From Pavona decussata (taxonomy: Eukaryota): a stretch of DNA of 64,000 nucleotides. Both the position numbers and the translations under genes were made by a program. Positions within the stretch are counted from its first letter, which is position 1. The number at the start of each line of letters is the position of its first letter. This document shows positions 61,558 through 64,000 of this stretch, one piece after another. The notes beneath the pieces are model-generated. The model was given only the letters and a program-made list of their open reading frames with translations. It ran no database searches and was not told where the DNA came from. The stretch is taken from the NCBI GenBank assembly GCA_977016875.1, contig CDRNST010000124.1, forward strand, positions 558,001 through 622,000. The letters are read 5' to 3'.

Positions 61558-64000
61558 GAGGTTGAGTAAGAGGGATGCATGCAGAGACCACCATCTGTTT
61601 GTGGCTGGGTGGGTTCAGTTGGAGTACAGTAGTTTTGACCGCATCCTTTATTCGCGTGACAAGCTCAAAGAGCGAGTGGGCGGGAGCCGCCGGCTACGTT
61701 CCTCCATGCACAGGCATAGACACGAAAACTTACGTCAAAGCTGTAATTCCATTGATAACTTGAATTTGTCAAAGATCGGAATTTGGAATTTCGAGGAGGT
61801 CAATTTGATATGCATGCGTGTTTGTAATAGTTACCATTGCAGTCAAACAAAAACAAAGTTTTCTCTTATCCGTTGCCTATGATGATATCACGGTAAAACA
61901 TTTTGACCAAAACACATATTATTCAATTGGAAACATACCTCCTAAATACTGAAGAAATACGAAATGATAGTGTCAAATTACAAGCAATAACTCATAATGA
62001 TTTGATCTTTAATATAAATTAACTACTTTTCAATTTTGTGTCGTGCTATTTTCGATTTAAGGCCACAAAGGATTGTCGCGGCTCACTTGTTTTTTGGGAA
62101 CGTTTGGATTTGACCGCATGTGCGTGATCGAGCCGTGCAACGAGAACGGCTATTCAAATCCAGTTTGCGTGCTTCAGATAATCACGTGTCGCACCAGTCG
62201 TGTTTCTAGAGTCTCGTTATCTGCTGGTAGACAATGGAAAGGAGCGAGAGTTCTGGAGACGTGAAGGGTTTGAAATGTGAATCTCGTACCAGTGCAATCC
62301 GAAGGTTCCTTTTCGTCCACTGAGATCGAACTAAGGGTGTGTTTGTGCTTCACGAAAATTACATTTTGCTTTGTGAACTCTTCTTTGCGATTCGGTCTTG
62401 TCGATTACTGAATTCAAGTTTATGTTATTAATATCGGCATTTACAGTCTGTTGGACAGTCTATTCACCTCTCAAAGTAACGTGTATGGTTCGTTTGGCTT
62501 ATTTTTCTGTGATCTACGTCAGTCAATCTTTAAGAAGTTTAGTAAGAAATTACTTCTGACAATTCAGCATTTTTGTGCTATGGCGAACTCTTTGCTCTGT
62601 ATTTGCTTTCCAAGGCTAGTAAATCTATCCTTTCGTGTTTCAAATGTGTGGCTTTACCTCATAGCTTTCATGACCACTGAAGTGTAAGTTGTTTCAAATT
62701 TGTACCGGTTCTTTGTCAGATCTGCTTTATGTAAATATCGAATAAAAGCGGTATTAACCGTCTACGTTCTTCTTGAGGTAAATCTTGTTGCAAACTTGAA
62801 ATTTGAATTTCAGCAAATATGAACAAATTTGGTCAAGCTTGGTTTTTTCTCCATATTTGCTACGATTTTGCAATCACTGCAAATCCATCAGTTCTCGTGC
62901 AATGAGAGTACACCACTGACCAATTGTGCTTTTTGAAATAAAAGTGATCGATATTGTTTACTCGATGACTTTTAGCGGCAACCCGACTGTTTACATATGA
63001 ACCACATTGTATCTTTATACAAACTGAACCATTAATATCCGCGGACATTGTTATTTCTATGCTTTGTTAAACCAGGTGTTTTATGCCAGTACTTCTGAGA
63101 GAAGAATCAAAACGAAGCCTCTAAGTTAAGATATCGTCAATGAAACAAAACTTAATTGCCGGCTTTTCTGCTTAAGTTTTGGTCTATTCCAAAATTCACG
63201 AGAACCGTTTTCTTAAAGTCTTGCTTTCTTAATTTTAATTAAAATCTACATTGTTTTTCTTTTTTGTATACAATAGGAACGGAAGGTTAACTTGGAGCGG
63301 GTTGGTTAAAGTATCTTGAGATGTCTTTAGAGCATTTTGAGTTAAAACAAGAAGTCCTGGGAAATGAAAAATATGGAAAATTTAAGGAGAAATTAACGTT
63401 TTTATATGGCAATATTACAACAAGAAATGCAATGAGCTTGAACTATGAACTATGACAAAGTCAAAAATCAAACTATGATAAACGAGCGGTTATGTTATGC
63501 GTTAATTAAGCAAAAAACACAAACAGACGGCGATATTCGTACCACAATCCACGTTGTTCAGCTTCCAGTAAAACAATGATAAGATATTAATGCTGTAAAA
63601 ACGCGGTTGCCTTGAACTAGCCAATTAGAAAGCCGCAAGTTTCGCGGGCATCATGTTGACTTTAACACTGCTGTTGCTGGTCCAACGACATGTCCAACTG
63701 CGACATTGTATTGTACAATCACCGATAAACTACCGTTTCTTATCTACCGGGGTCACCCACTGGAGCTAAACCTGCTTATGAGCAGTAGACGAAGTGGCTT
63801 TGTCGTTTCGATAAACTGTGACACAGCTTTAAAAGGTTCACTGGCGCGCAAGTTGTAAAATCTGATCAGTTTCCTGCCGGAGTTGCTGGGCTGTTACGGT
63901 TAGTGGTCATGTACATAAACTTGTTGTCATGCGACATTAATTTGTAAATACCCGTGAATTGCACCTGAAAAATAACGAATTTAGTGTATATATTACTGAT

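Noticed and set aside
58750-64000. Candidate downstream Dmrt exons at acceptors near 58764, 59172, 61516 and 62447
   Set aside because: In phase 1 they stop within a few codons or give no recognisable Dmrt (e.g. DMA) sequence. The next exon is probably outside the window.

Overview
AT-rich, intron- and repeat-rich animal DNA, most likely a stony coral or other anthozoan (inferred from the MITE, SINE and Penelope families and the DM-domain sequence). Two genes are supportable. (1) A three-exon minus-strand gene (9018-8922, 8205-7738, 6388-6132; 273 aa) for a putative secreted protein with a galactose-binding-like lectin domain and a PAN/Apple domain. (2) A plus-strand doublesex/mab-3-related (Dmrt) transcription factor whose DM-domain exon lies at 57974-58415; its later exons were not found and probably lie beyond the window. 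The main observation is that the ~39 kb upstream of the DM exon holds a series of short ATG-initiated segments, each ending in a strong GT donor in phase 0, the phase of the DM exon acceptor. This looks like an array of alternative first exons and promoters feeding one constant DM exon. Nearby are a candidate stop-introducing alternative acceptor, a cluster of DM-type binding cores in the next intron and locally duplicated regulatory-looking modules. The rest is nested non-autonomous DNA transposons, tRNA-derived SINEs, a Penelope remnant and tandem repeats. All gene models were read by eye and have no transcript support.
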